Origin: a virus
Direction: 5' to 3' (one strand)
DNA: 64,000 bases
IMG/VR virus record: IMGVR_UViG_3300027736_000020
Coordinates: 1 to 64,000 of that record
Below are positions 16,417 to 25,218 of the stretch, piece after piece; position 1 is the first letter of the stretch; every line of letters starts with the position of its first letter. Position numbers and translations under genes: made by a program. Below the pieces are notes generated by a model. The model was not told where the DNA came from, ran no database searches, and saw nothing but the letters and a program-made list of their open reading frames with translations.

Positions 16417-18138
16417 CTATCCTTGCGGTGGTTGAGCAGGCGGAGCACCACCCGGAGGCGGAGCACCACCGGGAGGCGGAGCACCACCGGGAGGCGGAGC
16501 ACCACCGGGAGGCGGAGCACCACCGGGAGGCGGAGCACCACCGGGAGGCGGAGCACCACCCGCTGCGGGTGCACCGGGTTGGCCGCCTTGACCGAAGTCT
16601 CCTTGTTCATATCCCTGCTGCTGTTGCGCCATCATTTGCTGTTGCATCTTCATGTTGAGAATTTGCAACCAAATGGGATCTGCAATGGAGAATCCTCCCT
16701 CTTCTTCAGTAATAGGAGGAAGATTGCGACGTGAACGAATCTCGTTCTTGGTGCTCCATTGAGATTCGACCTGAAGGTTTCTCAACATGGTTTGTTCATC
16801 TTGAGGGGTAATTCCATCAAAAATGAATACCAAATCATCATAATACGGCTCAATTAACGTTCGAGTAAGCCAATCCGCGTTGCTTTCAAGAATTGAATAC
16901 AAACCTTCTTCGTTTATTGTTTCGGAAATTTCTCCAGTAGCATTGCCAGATCCGACAATAAACCCAGAAGGACCACGATCAGAAAGATTCAATCGGCTTG
17001 GATGCATTCCAAAAAATGCACATTTAATAGAAGACATCAAACGGAAAAATTGTTCAAACTGCATGTCATTAGGTGTTGCAGACAAATCAAGAACTTGAGC
17101 TTTCATGTTTTCTGGACCGGGAAGAACTGGCATTTTACTCTTTGGAGTAGCAGGTCCACCTTGACCAAGAATCTGCCGTTCAAATGAAGCCAAGCCTTCT
17201 GATGAATAATCACCAGATACAACAAGCATTCGACTTGGAAATCCCGGCCTGAACATGTCTTTGTTAAAATTGAACATGTTGAGAAGAGCGGAAGTAGCAT
17301 GCAGTGACTGTTCGAGAACTGATGTGCCAAATCCCCATCTGTTCAGCTCTCCGGAAGGGTTTGTCCACTCAACATCTATTTCGTCTTTTGTCCACGCTCC
17401 AACAATTTGACCGTCAACTTCCTGCACATACGCGGCATTGGTAATGTCAATGGTAAGTCCAGTCTTGGAAGACCACTCTTCACTTAACATCATTCGAGCG
17501 ACACGTTCGTTGGTGATTCCTCGCTTGGTCATCCATGGCATCAACACATAGAGGACAGGCAATACGGTGTCTCCGGGAATCAGATACCAATCTTTTACGC
17601 GTCCTTTGTCATCTTTTTTCAATACCATTGCGCGACGATCAATGATCAATTCTTCTTGTACGGCAATTGTCAGAAAATCCCTGAATGTCTTGTGATACAC
17701 CTTATGAGGATTTGCAACCAATTGCTCCATTTCATTGCAGCGTCTCGAAATTTCTGGCGTATTAGAATCAAAATTTGGATCATCAAAACGTCTGTGCACT
17801 ACTCTCCAGCCACGTTGCTTGCCGGGAACAATAACTTTTCTTGATAAACCTTTTGTGTCTTCAATTCTTCTGGCAATTATTGCCGCATCAATAAGACTTT
17901 CCCGTGCTACTTGACGAAGCAGTCCATATGGAGGTGTATCCATCGGTTTGCGAAGTGCGCCAGAAATGGTTGCCATTTGAGAAACCGAAGGTCCATAATT
18001 TGAAAACCATTGACCTCTGCGCCGTTCTTCTTCTTTTTTCATGTCCTCAACATTGGATTTGCTAAAGACTTCTTTAGGGTCCAATTGCGTTGGCGTTGGG
18101 GCAATGGCCCTTCCGTACATGTCAACAAGCATTGTCAT
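16417..18138 (-). CDS. Portal protein
   Basis: Immediately downstream of TerL; TFRDFLTIAVQEELIIDRRAMVLKKD...WYLIPGDTV, FGTSVLEQ, CAFFGMHPSRLN, TKNEIRSRRNLPP are typical of HK97/Herelleviridae-type portals. Confidence 0.88.
   Translation of the reverse strand: MTMLVDMYGRAIAPTPTQLDPKEVFSKSNVEDMKKEEERRRGQWFSNYGPSVSQMATISGALRKPMDTPPYGLLRQVARESLIDAAIIARRIEDTKGLSRKVIVPGKQRGWRVVHRRFDDPNFDSNTPEISRRCNEMEQLVANPHKVYHKTFRDFLTIAVQEELIIDRRAMVLKKDDKGRVKDWYLIPGDTVLPVLYVLMPWMTKRGITNERVARMMLSEEWSSKTGLTIDITNAAYVQEVDGQIVGAWTKDEIDVEWTNPSGELNRWGFGTSVLEQSLHATSALLNMFNFNKDMFRPGFPSRMLVVSGDYSSEGLASFERQILGQGGPATPKSKMPVLPGPENMKAQVLDLSATPNDMQFEQFFRLMSSIKCAFFGMHPSRLNLSDRGPSGFIVGSGNATGEISETINEEGLYSILESNADWLTRTLIEPYYDDLVFIFDGITPQDEQTMLRNLQVESQWSTKNEIRSRRNLPPITEEEGGFSIADPIWLQILNMKMQQQMMAQQQQGYEQGDFGQGGQPGAPAAGGAPPPGGAPPPGGAPPPGGAPPPGGAPPPGGAPPPGGAPPAQPPQG
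16436..16561 (-). repeat. 7 x 18-bp tandem repeat encoding (GGAPPP)6-GGAPPA at the portal C-terminus
   Basis: Plus-strand unit GGAGGCGGAGCACCACC(G/C). Confidence 0.97.
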
Positions 18139-18151
18139 TGTATTTCTCCCG

Positions 18152-19831
18152 TTAGATAAGGACTACTTCGTCAAAAGCCCGCCTGCCGTTTCTTGAAACT
18201 TCCAAAGCCATTTCCATCGCATCAAGCATATCATCGTTTTCTGATCGAGGATATGTCATAAGTTGTTCATAAAAATTCCAAAACTCAGGATGAATAACCA
18301 CGGATCTAATTTCATCATAATGAAAACCATATTCTGCATTTGGATCATTCGTAAGTTCATCTCTGGTGATCTCGGATTCCGTGCATTTCCTTAAATATAT
18401 TTTACCCTGTTCAAACAATGTTGACATGCCTTCGATACGAATCTGTTTTCTTTTTCGAGAAAGATGACGAATTTCCCGTATTGGAACCAATGATCGACGC
18501 AACACTTGTTGAATCAATACATGTTGAAATCCATTGCCTTCCACACCATTCATCTGTATTTGATATGATTGATTTTGCATGATAATCCTGTTTACTTGAT
18601 TGGCAACATCAATTTTTTCATTGACAATATCAAAAACAATAATGTCGTTGTCTATTGTTTTTCCTATCATGACAATTGAAAAATAATCGGATTGATCATC
18701 TTTTCCTACTGTCCAATCTACTCCAGTAAAAAAAGTCATTGCTTTTCCCCTGAAATACCATTTCTTGTTTGTTGGTCTATATCCAATGTCATGAGCATCA
18801 TACCACTGCATCCAAGAACTCCTGAATGTTCTTGTCGTGTCATCCCGAGGATCATTCATGTATTCTTTTTGAAAAGCAAGCACATTTTTTGCTTTTAACG
18901 AAGATAATCGCTCCAATGAAAATCGTTCTGGCCACAAAGGCACTTGTATTTTTTGCCCAAATTCATTTTCTTCAGAAGTGATCGCCTGATATCTTCGAGT
19001 GACATACAGATCTGTTCTCTGAAGCATTTTGTTGAGTAATGATCCATAATGCAACACCGTTCCGACAAGAATGATCTGTCCGACTGGAGGCGGTTCGATC
19101 ATCGGCTCAACAGCCGAGTCCCACCAGTTTGCCAGTTTCTCCCTTTGTATCGAGGTGTCTACCAACTCGTCGTTTTCCAAATCGTCGGCAATGACCAGAT
19201 CAGGACGCCTGTGCCCGAACCGCAATCCTCTCAATGGATTGTTTGCCATTCGGGCAAGAACTTTTGCCCTGTCCTCCAGCTCTCCGCTCCACATTCCCCT
19301 TGATTTGTCCCACTTCTTGAATCCAATGACAAACTCCTCGTCTGTCCATTTTTCTTTTTCGCCTCGAACGGAACCATCAATTTCGTCCCAATCCTTGCCA
19401 AGAACAATTCCCCAGTCATTTCTGAGTCGATCATTGCTTTCCAGCTCTTCCTTGATATTCCGAGAATGAGAAGTGGAAATTCGAGCGATGTCGGAAATGA
19501 TAACCACAAAGAATTTTCTTTGTGTTACAAGGGACCAGATAACATAAAGAAAACTTATAAGGGTTGACTTGCTGTGATTTCTTGGCGCAGCCAAGACCAA
19601 CGTGTTAAGGTTCATTTTTCCTTCCCACTCTTTCTCATTCTGATGAGTGGCAAGGTTTATGATGTCTTGATGAAAAGAAGGAGATTTTTGAAACCAGTAT
19701 TTTGGAAAATAAATTCGTCCGAATTCAAATGGATCATCAATTGTTTTTTCTATGCGCCACTTGCGCAATCCGTCTTCAAGGGCAACAGGTGCCGGTATTG
19801 CACTGACAAGCGATGGAGATTCGACAATCAT
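18152..19831 (-). CDS. terL: Terminase large subunit
   Basis: Walker A APRNHSKST, Walker B RRPDLVIADDLEND, coupling motif ILVGTVLH, nuclease GVDW...SDYF and NDDMLDA. Confidence 0.95.
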   Translation of the reverse strand: MIVESPSLVSAIPAPVALEDGLRKWRIEKTIDDPFEFGRIYFPKYWFQKSPSFHQDIINLATHQNEKEWEGKMNLNTLVLAAPRNHSKSTLISFLYVIWSLVTQRKFFVVIISDIARISTSHSRNIKEELESNDRLRNDWGIVLGKDWDEIDGSVRGEKEKWTDEEFVIGFKKWDKSRGMWSGELEDRAKVLARMANNPLRGLRFGHRRPDLVIADDLENDELVDTSIQREKLANWWDSAVEPMIEPPPVGQIILVGTVLHYGSLLNKMLQRTDLYVTRRYQAITSEENEFGQKIQVPLWPERFSLERLSSLKAKNVLAFQKEYMNDPRDDTTRTFRSSWMQWYDAHDIGYRPTNKKWYFRGKAMTFFTGVDWTVGKDDQSDYFSIVMIGKTIDNDIIVFDIVNEKIDVANQVNRIIMQNQSYQIQMNGVEGNGFQHVLIQQVLRRSLVPIREIRHLSRKRKQIRIEGMSTLFEQGKIYLRKCTESEITRDELTNDPNAEYGFHYDEIRSVVIHPEFWNFYEQLMTYPRSENDDMLDAMEMALEVSRNGRRAFDEVVLI

Positions 19832-20943
19832 GCGATTATCAAACCTGTTGAGTCAACTACTTCTTGAGATGGCTCAAGACCCAAACGATTGCGAAGTTTC
19901 ATTTGACGCTGATTATCTACAGACAGTTGAAGATCAGAGTACAACCCTGATCGCTCACATTCCAGATAAAGTTCTCGTATCACCAAGGAAAGCCTTCTGG
20001 TGTGCTCCTGATCAGTCTCTCCTGCTTTCTTTCCCCACTCAGCAGCAATACGCGCTTGTGGAGAATTTGGAGGATATGCGCTATTTACAGAAACATTATT
20101 GTTTTCTACTTTTACATTGACGCCGCCTGTGGGTTGCTCCACTGGTGCCAATCCAGTGACGCTACTCAACATTCTGTCAAGCAAGCCACCGAGTTTTGCA
20201 ATTGACTCTGGACTTGCATCATCACGCAAATTTGCAATTGCTTTCGTGAACCAAGTAAGTCCATCTATTCCTGCCTGACGACGTTTCATCATTTGCCAAT
20301 CTTGCAAACGATCTTCTTCCATGGCAATCTTTTCGGCAATTTTTTGTGCTTGCTCTTGACGATATAATTCACGAGCTTCTGGCCATCGTCCTTTTCTTCC
20401 ATACAGGCGGACCAGATTAAACGCAATGTTGCATTCCAACGAGATGCGTTCGTATCCCCATCCTCCATAAACGTAAAGAAGACGCACCAAATGCCAATCA
20501 ATATCCGGGCGACCCTTTTCGTGTCCCTTGCGAATGGCAAGTGCCAATTGCAAGGCAGACTCTTCTGGTGTCAGAGGGGTCTCTCCGGGAGTTCCATCCT
20601 CAAAATCCTCGTAGATTGAGCCTTCTGAGCGCACAGGACTGAATCCATCAGATTCAATTTCTTCAACGACAAAATCTTTTGGATCATCTGGAGGTCCAGA
20701 CGGTTTTTCTTTTTTGGGAAGTCCTCTGATGGACCTCCGACTTTCAAAACCTGTCTTTATCGGAACAGACAGGAATTCCATGTCTTCTGGCAATTGAGCC
20801 GTACGATTCTTGATTTTCTTTCCTGCAAGGATGTTGGTTTCTTCAATAAGTTCCTTTTCAGCTTTTGCCTGAAATTCTTTTTGAACAATTCTTGCAATGG
20901 AATCAAGAGGTGTCTTTGGTAAAAGTGTATTCTTGCTTGACAT
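19828..20943 (-). CDS. Probable terminase small subunit
   Basis: Overlaps the TerL start; HTH-like IDWHLVRLLYVYGGWGYERISLECNIAFNLVRLYGRKGRWPEAR followed by helical region; start at ATG 20943 with GGAG RBS. Confidence 0.6.
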   Translation of the reverse strand: MSSKNTLLPKTPLDSIARIVQKEFQAKAEKELIEETNILAGKKIKNRTAQLPEDMEFLSVPIKTGFESRRSIRGLPKKEKPSGPPDDPKDFVVEEIESDGFSPVRSEGSIYEDFEDGTPGETPLTPEESALQLALAIRKGHEKGRPDIDWHLVRLLYVYGGWGYERISLECNIAFNLVRLYGRKGRWPEARELYRQEQAQKIAEKIAMEEDRLQDWQMMKRRQAGIDGLTWFTKAIANLRDDASPESIAKLGGLLDRMLSSVTGLAPVEQPTGGVNVKVENNNVSVNSAYPPNSPQARIAAEWGKKAGETDQEHTRRLSLVIRELYLECERSGLYSDLQLSVDNQRQMKLRNRLGLEPSQEVVDSTGLIIA

Positions 20944-20970
20944 ATAAACTCCCAAAAGATTATACACTAT

Positions 20971-21000
20971 AAACAAGAAAGCTCCCTTTCGAGAGCTTTT
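20971..21000 (-). terminator. Rho-independent terminator
   Basis: Minus strand GCTCTC-GAAA-GGGAGC followed by TTTCTTGTTT. TGTATAAT (-10 like) lies just downstream, before TerS. Confidence 0.75.
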
Positions 21001-21001
21001 A

Positions 21002-21343
21002 TCATATGATTGAGAGTTCCTGTCTCTCTATTTCTTGTTTTGCGGCAATGAATAGATCAAATCCTACTGATCCACTGACTCGCATCAAATAGACTGCCGC
21101 ACCAGTAAGGTGGACATTGAACGAATTTCTTAGCCCTTGATTTGTTGTCTGATGTCCAGACCAAGGAAATTGTTCTTCAATGTCAGTTTTTTCCCGTATC
21201 CACAAATGTTCTGACGCGGATGCAATTTCCTTGCAAGCAAGCAACAAATCGCGTTGAATGCAGGCAACTCCAGTAGCACCATTTCTCTGAGGATACAGTC
21301 TCCTTCGTTGCGCTTCCTCAAAAGCACGCAGGCTAAGGGACAT
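21002..21343 (-). CDS. Hypothetical protein
   Basis: ORF in a contiguous minus-strand run; start probably ATG 21343. Confidence 0.6.
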   Translation of the reverse strand: MSLSLRAFEEAQRRRLYPQRNGATGVACIQRDLLLACKEIASASEHLWIREKTDIEEQFPWSGHQTTNQGLRNSFNVHLTGAAVYLMRVSGSVGFDLFIAAKQEIERQELSII

Positions 21344-21863
21344 CTTGATGAAGTCCTTCCGCATCGATGATCAATTCATCAGGAGGCGCAGGTAGAAGTT
21401 CGTCTTCATGTTCATGAGGCATGATCTCCGTCACCGATGCAATCATGGGAAACTGAGTAATCCACTTGTGCTCGGTATATACCTGATCAAATGCTTCACT
21501 CACACTGGAAACAGCTTTTTCAAGGCGGTCTTCTCCAACTACATACGATGGAGGCAAACACAACGCTGAATTTATCTTTACGGTATTTCCCTGACGATCT
21601 TTTGTCTCAACTTGCATCCACATCGTGAAATCAAATCCATCATCAAAATTTTCCTCATGATGACGGATCGCACAGACTACATACCGAACTTCCGGCATGG
21701 TCTTGACGTAATCAGGAACAGACTTGGGAATCAATACAGTGGTTATCCGGCGAAACCACCAAGTGTCTCCCTGAGTAAGCCACATCACTGGCCTGCCTTC
21801 AAATGCGGGATGGTCAGGCATTCCCTCATTGATGTTCTCAACGGTGAGCGGTCCATCGTACAT
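21333..21863 (-). CDS. Hypothetical protein
   Basis: 176 aa; start overlaps the upstream stop (TAATG). Confidence 0.75.
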   Translation of the reverse strand: MYDGPLTVENINEGMPDHPAFEGRPVMWLTQGDTWWFRRITTVLIPKSVPDYVKTMPEVRYVVCAIRHHEENFDDGFDFTMWMQVETKDRQGNTVKINSALCLPPSYVVGEDRLEKAVSSVSEAFDQVYTEHKWITQFPMIASVTEIMPHEHEDELLPAPPDELIIDAEGLHQDVP

Positions 21864-22315
21864 TACTGAACAGCCAATTCTGTTTCATTGGCAATTTTCC
21901 TCACCAAGGCAAGAAAATCCTGCTGATCCTGATGCAAGGTTACTCTGGAAACTGAAGTGACCTGATCAAACAAATCAAGAAGACTTCCGAGAAGCAAGAT
22001 TGGATCTTCTGTCAATCCGGCTTGAACGGCTCTGTTTGCTCTCTGCTGCTGAATCCATTGCTGAAGTTTTGTTTGCTGAATCAACTTCACATTTCGTGCA
22101 TGAATCGCCTTGTTGCGCCAATCGCGATACATTTCATTTGTCCAGCCCAGTTTTTCCTGACGCTGAGCATCATTAATCTGTGATCGTATCTTTTGCAATT
22201 CCTCACGCAATTGTGATTGCATGATTTGCGCCTCGGATATGGTTTTTGGCTCCACTGAATGACGTGATGAAAAAACAGCATTGTAAGGTTCAGTAACATG
22301 CATTGCGGTTGACAT
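21863..22315 (-). CDS. Hypothetical coiled-coil protein
   Basis: 150 aa; helical QLREELQKIRSQI...WRNKAIHARN segment. Confidence 0.75.
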   Translation of the reverse strand: MSTAMHVTEPYNAVFSSRHSVEPKTISEAQIMQSQLREELQKIRSQINDAQRQEKLGWTNEMYRDWRNKAIHARNVKLIQQTKLQQWIQQQRANRAVQAGLTEDPILLLGSLLDLFDQVTSVSRVTLHQDQQDFLALVRKIANETELAVQ

Positions 22316-22330
22316 TTAAGTAATCCTTTC

Positions 22331-23059
22331 CTATGAGGTGCGGTAACGTCGTGCTGCTTGTGATCTGCCTTTTCCTACCACTGGTTCGTATTTCTTCAGA
22401 AGGATCTCCTGTCTCTGCATTCGAGATACAACTTCGCCAAGCGCAATCGCATCGCATACATTTCCATTGATTTTACCAGAAGGATTGCGATATTCAGGTA
22501 ACGGAATCTCTGAAGCAACAATCATTTGTTGTACCGCTTCTTTTGATGCGGTAGTAGATCCACACATGATGAGTTTCACATGATTTGTTGAAAACTCAGT
22601 GTAAGGAGTCTTGTGTTGTCCGCAAACATACATGGTGATCCATCGTATGCCGGTAAGTGCTTCCAAGGTGGCCGTACTGGTTGTGCGACCTCCTCTGGCA
22701 AATGGATGACTTTCTCCTACAATGATGTCAGGTTCATGATCTTCGATTAAGGAGGAAAGCCAATTTCCAAATTCCACGCATCTCCGTTGCCTGTCCCAAC
22801 GTGGAGACACTGTCAAAGCCAAACCAAAATCAATTCCTGATTCATCCCTGTTTGGAATGTATTTTCCGTCAATGTACAAGGCAGCACCGCTATCATTCAG
22901 GCTTTCGTCAAGAAAGATAACTTTTCTTATTTCATGCCACTCTTTTTCAGTTTTCAAGAGTGGCGGAAGTGAGATATCTGGAGTAGACGATCTCTTTGGC
23001 TTGGGATAAATGTGATATTGATTTCTGTACATCAACCACAGTGTACCATCAAGATGCAA
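22331..23059 (-). CDS. RuvC-like Holliday junction resolvase
   Basis: VIFLDESLNDSGAALY, PDIIVGES, VKLIMCGSTTASKEAVQQMI, NVCDAIALG. Confidence 0.85.
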   Translation of the reverse strand: MHLDGTLWLMYRNQYHIYPKPKRSSTPDISLPPLLKTEKEWHEIRKVIFLDESLNDSGAALYIDGKYIPNRDESGIDFGLALTVSPRWDRQRRCVEFGNWLSSLIEDHEPDIIVGESHPFARGGRTTSTATLEALTGIRWITMYVCGQHKTPYTEFSTNHVKLIMCGSTTASKEAVQQMIVASEIPLPEYRNPSGKINGNVCDAIALGEVVSRMQRQEILLKKYEPVVGKGRSQAARRYRTS

Positions 23060-25163
23060 CAGTCCTTAAGCCCCAGACTTCTTTCATTTCTCCATTTACA
23101 GCACGGACAGTACGGATGAGCGATTTTGATTCCATCGCGCGAAGTGTAGAAATCAATACTTGTTCAGGAACGTTATGCAATGTATCAGCAAGATCCTCAA
23201 TGGTCATTGGACGGGTTTTCAGCGCCATGCGAATCTGATCACGTGCAGATACAGATGCTGGACCAGTGGTTTCCATGGGAACTTCACCGGGATTTGCCAA
23301 CTGCATCATGACCCGTCCAGTGTCATCATCTTCTGCAGGAAAATCTACCTTGAAGCAAACAGGAGTATGAAGCATTCCACCATTGACTTTTTGATGGGAA
23401 AGAACAATATGAGCAACATTGCTTCCCTCCTCCTGAATTTTCTTGATATTCCATGTAGAGCGGGCTTGATTCTCCCACTGAACACCACCGAAAGCCGTTG
23501 CTGCCACATCTTCGCTTTGACGGTCATATTTGGTGACATGAGCAAGCACCAAGGCACCCACGCGCAACTCGGAAATGGCTTGGAAGAACGCAACGATTTC
23601 ATCATTGTCACTTGCTCGACCGCATGCAGGTGACGCACTATCAATGATGATGTACGTTATTCCCTCTTCGGCAATCATGCGCTTCAACTCGGAGATTTGT
23701 GCACGAAGTGGCCTGCCCCCGCAATGTCGATACAGGATGTTTACGCCACACCGTTCCTGCTCTTCAGGACTGATGATCGCATCAAGACGCTTGGCATGTT
23801 GGCCGACATCCCATTCCCAATCAAGATACGCTACATGGTTTCGAACGAGTGATGGACCAATGCCAAAATCAAGTCCTGTCTCCATCATTGTTCCGAGCAT
23901 GAGGGCAAGATAGCTTTTCATGCCTCCTCCTGCAGAAAACCACAAGGTAGGTTCCTTGGCAAGAAGCAGCGGTTTGTATGCATATCCTTGCGCAACCGCA
24001 CGGGGTGCTTCACGCAAGAGTTGCCACTCGTTTCCTTTGGTGAACTGTGCGATCACAATTCGTGAAAAATCAGTGAGTATCTGCGACCACGGTGGTCCAT
24101 GCATGCGCTTGTCAAGTTCCGTAATCAGTGCAGACTGGGAACGTGCGTCCTTGAATGAATAATCAATCGGTCCGTAAAGATATTTTGGAAGAGACGGAAT
24201 GTTGTTCGTTCGAACTTCGACTTCACCCACGATTCCGTACCGGGTTGATTCCACAAGACGGGAAACTTCAATGGATATCTGGAACTCATCCCATGTGAAT
24301 CTCCACCCTACACCAGTGCTCGTCATGACTGGAGGATCAATTACCCCTCGTGATTTTGCCATTTGCTGATAAGAGCAAACACTTCGAATGACACTGCGAA
24401 GCTCACGGATTTCCAATGGAGGCTGACAGCGCTCGGCCCATGGACTGATGACTTGCTCAATGATGTCCTTGCCAACATTCCTGTTCCAGAAATAGCCGAC
24501 GAGCCGAGCTGCATCAGCGTTCCTGCGCCCTGACGGCGACCCACCAGCAAGAAGATTGCTTACCCACGCTGGTCGAGCCTCTCCAGATATGGGATTGTCA
24601 TTCTGCATGATCTCGCCAGTCCGCTCGCCTCTGGCGACCCAACCCGGACATGAGGCAATCTTTGATTTCGTCGCAAACTTGTATTCACCGTTGATGGTCT
24701 TGGATGGAGGGAGAACAACATATCCTCCGTCTCCTTTTACGTCAACCTTGGTGAGAATGGGAAAGCTCTTGACTGGATTTCCGGGATGAGAGAAAAACAT
24801 GTGAATGCCATTGGGAGTCTTCTGGCAAAGCGTAGGAATTTTCTCAAGTTCAGGATGATGCTCCCGAATGCTCTTGACCCCTTCAACACCATCAATATCC
24901 ACAACGCAGAGATTACTGATCTTTCCGCAAACTACCGCCCAGTTGCAATCAGGATATTGCTCAGCCCATTTGGTTACCATTTCCTTGGTAACCCTGTTGT
25001 ATTGAAACTCTGCCCATTTCAGACGGACATCAAAATGTTCTCCGTCTCCGCCAATTCCACTTGAAACAACAACAGGACGCTTGCCCATTGATTCGACAGG
25101 GAAGATATTCCACCCCCTATCCAGATATCCGTGCAATATTTCAGTCAATTCCTGGATTTCCAT
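23049..25163 (-). CDS. Bifunctional primase-polymerase (Prim-Pol) + PriCT-1 + AAA_25/RepA-like helicase domain
   Basis: NWAVVCG...LCVVDIDG, TPNGIHMFF, DVKGDGGYVVLPPS; GRRNADAARLVG...CQPPL; SAGGGMKS, AYLDWE, IIIDS, LAHVTK. Start probably ATG 25163 (GGAG RBS). Confidence 0.88.
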   Translation of the reverse strand: MEIQELTEILHGYLDRGWNIFPVESMGKRPVVVSSGIGGDGEHFDVRLKWAEFQYNRVTKEMVTKWAEQYPDCNWAVVCGKISNLCVVDIDGVEGVKSIREHHPELEKIPTLCQKTPNGIHMFFSHPGNPVKSFPILTKVDVKGDGGYVVLPPSKTINGEYKFATKSKIASCPGWVARGERTGEIMQNDNPISGEARPAWVSNLLAGGSPSGRRNADAARLVGYFWNRNVGKDIIEQVISPWAERCQPPLEIRELRSVIRSVCSYQQMAKSRGVIDPPVMTSTGVGWRFTWDEFQISIEVSRLVESTRYGIVGEVEVRTNNIPSLPKYLYGPIDYSFKDARSQSALITELDKRMHGPPWSQILTDFSRIVIAQFTKGNEWQLLREAPRAVAQGYAYKPLLLAKEPTLWFSAGGGMKSYLALMLGTMMETGLDFGIGPSLVRNHVAYLDWEWDVGQHAKRLDAIISPEEQERCGVNILYRHCGGRPLRAQISELKRMIAEEGITYIIIDSASPACGRASDNDEIVAFFQAISELRVGALVLAHVTKYDRQSEDVAATAFGGVQWENQARSTWNIKKIQEEGSNVAHIVLSHQKVNGGMLHTPVCFKVDFPAEDDDTGRVMMQLANPGEVPMETTGPASVSARDQIRMALKTRPMTIEDLADTLHNVPEQVLISTLRAMESKSLIRTVRAVNGEMKEVWGLRTVAS

Positions 25164-25184
25164 AAGCGTCTCCATAATGAATGA

Positions 25185-25208
25185 GGGGCGGAGAAAATAT
25201 CCCGCCCC
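25185..25208. promoter_or_regulatory. GC-rich hairpin in the intergenic gap before the primase gene
   Basis: GGGGCGG-(10 nt)-CCGCCCC. No clear U-tract on the coding strand, so an attenuator or weak terminator. Confidence 0.5.
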
Positions 25209-25218
25209 AAAATAATTG

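Noticed and set aside
16344-16734. ORFs with HHREAE, RRSTTG or LRLPVV repeats
   Set aside because: Other frames of the portal's 18-bp tandem repeat.
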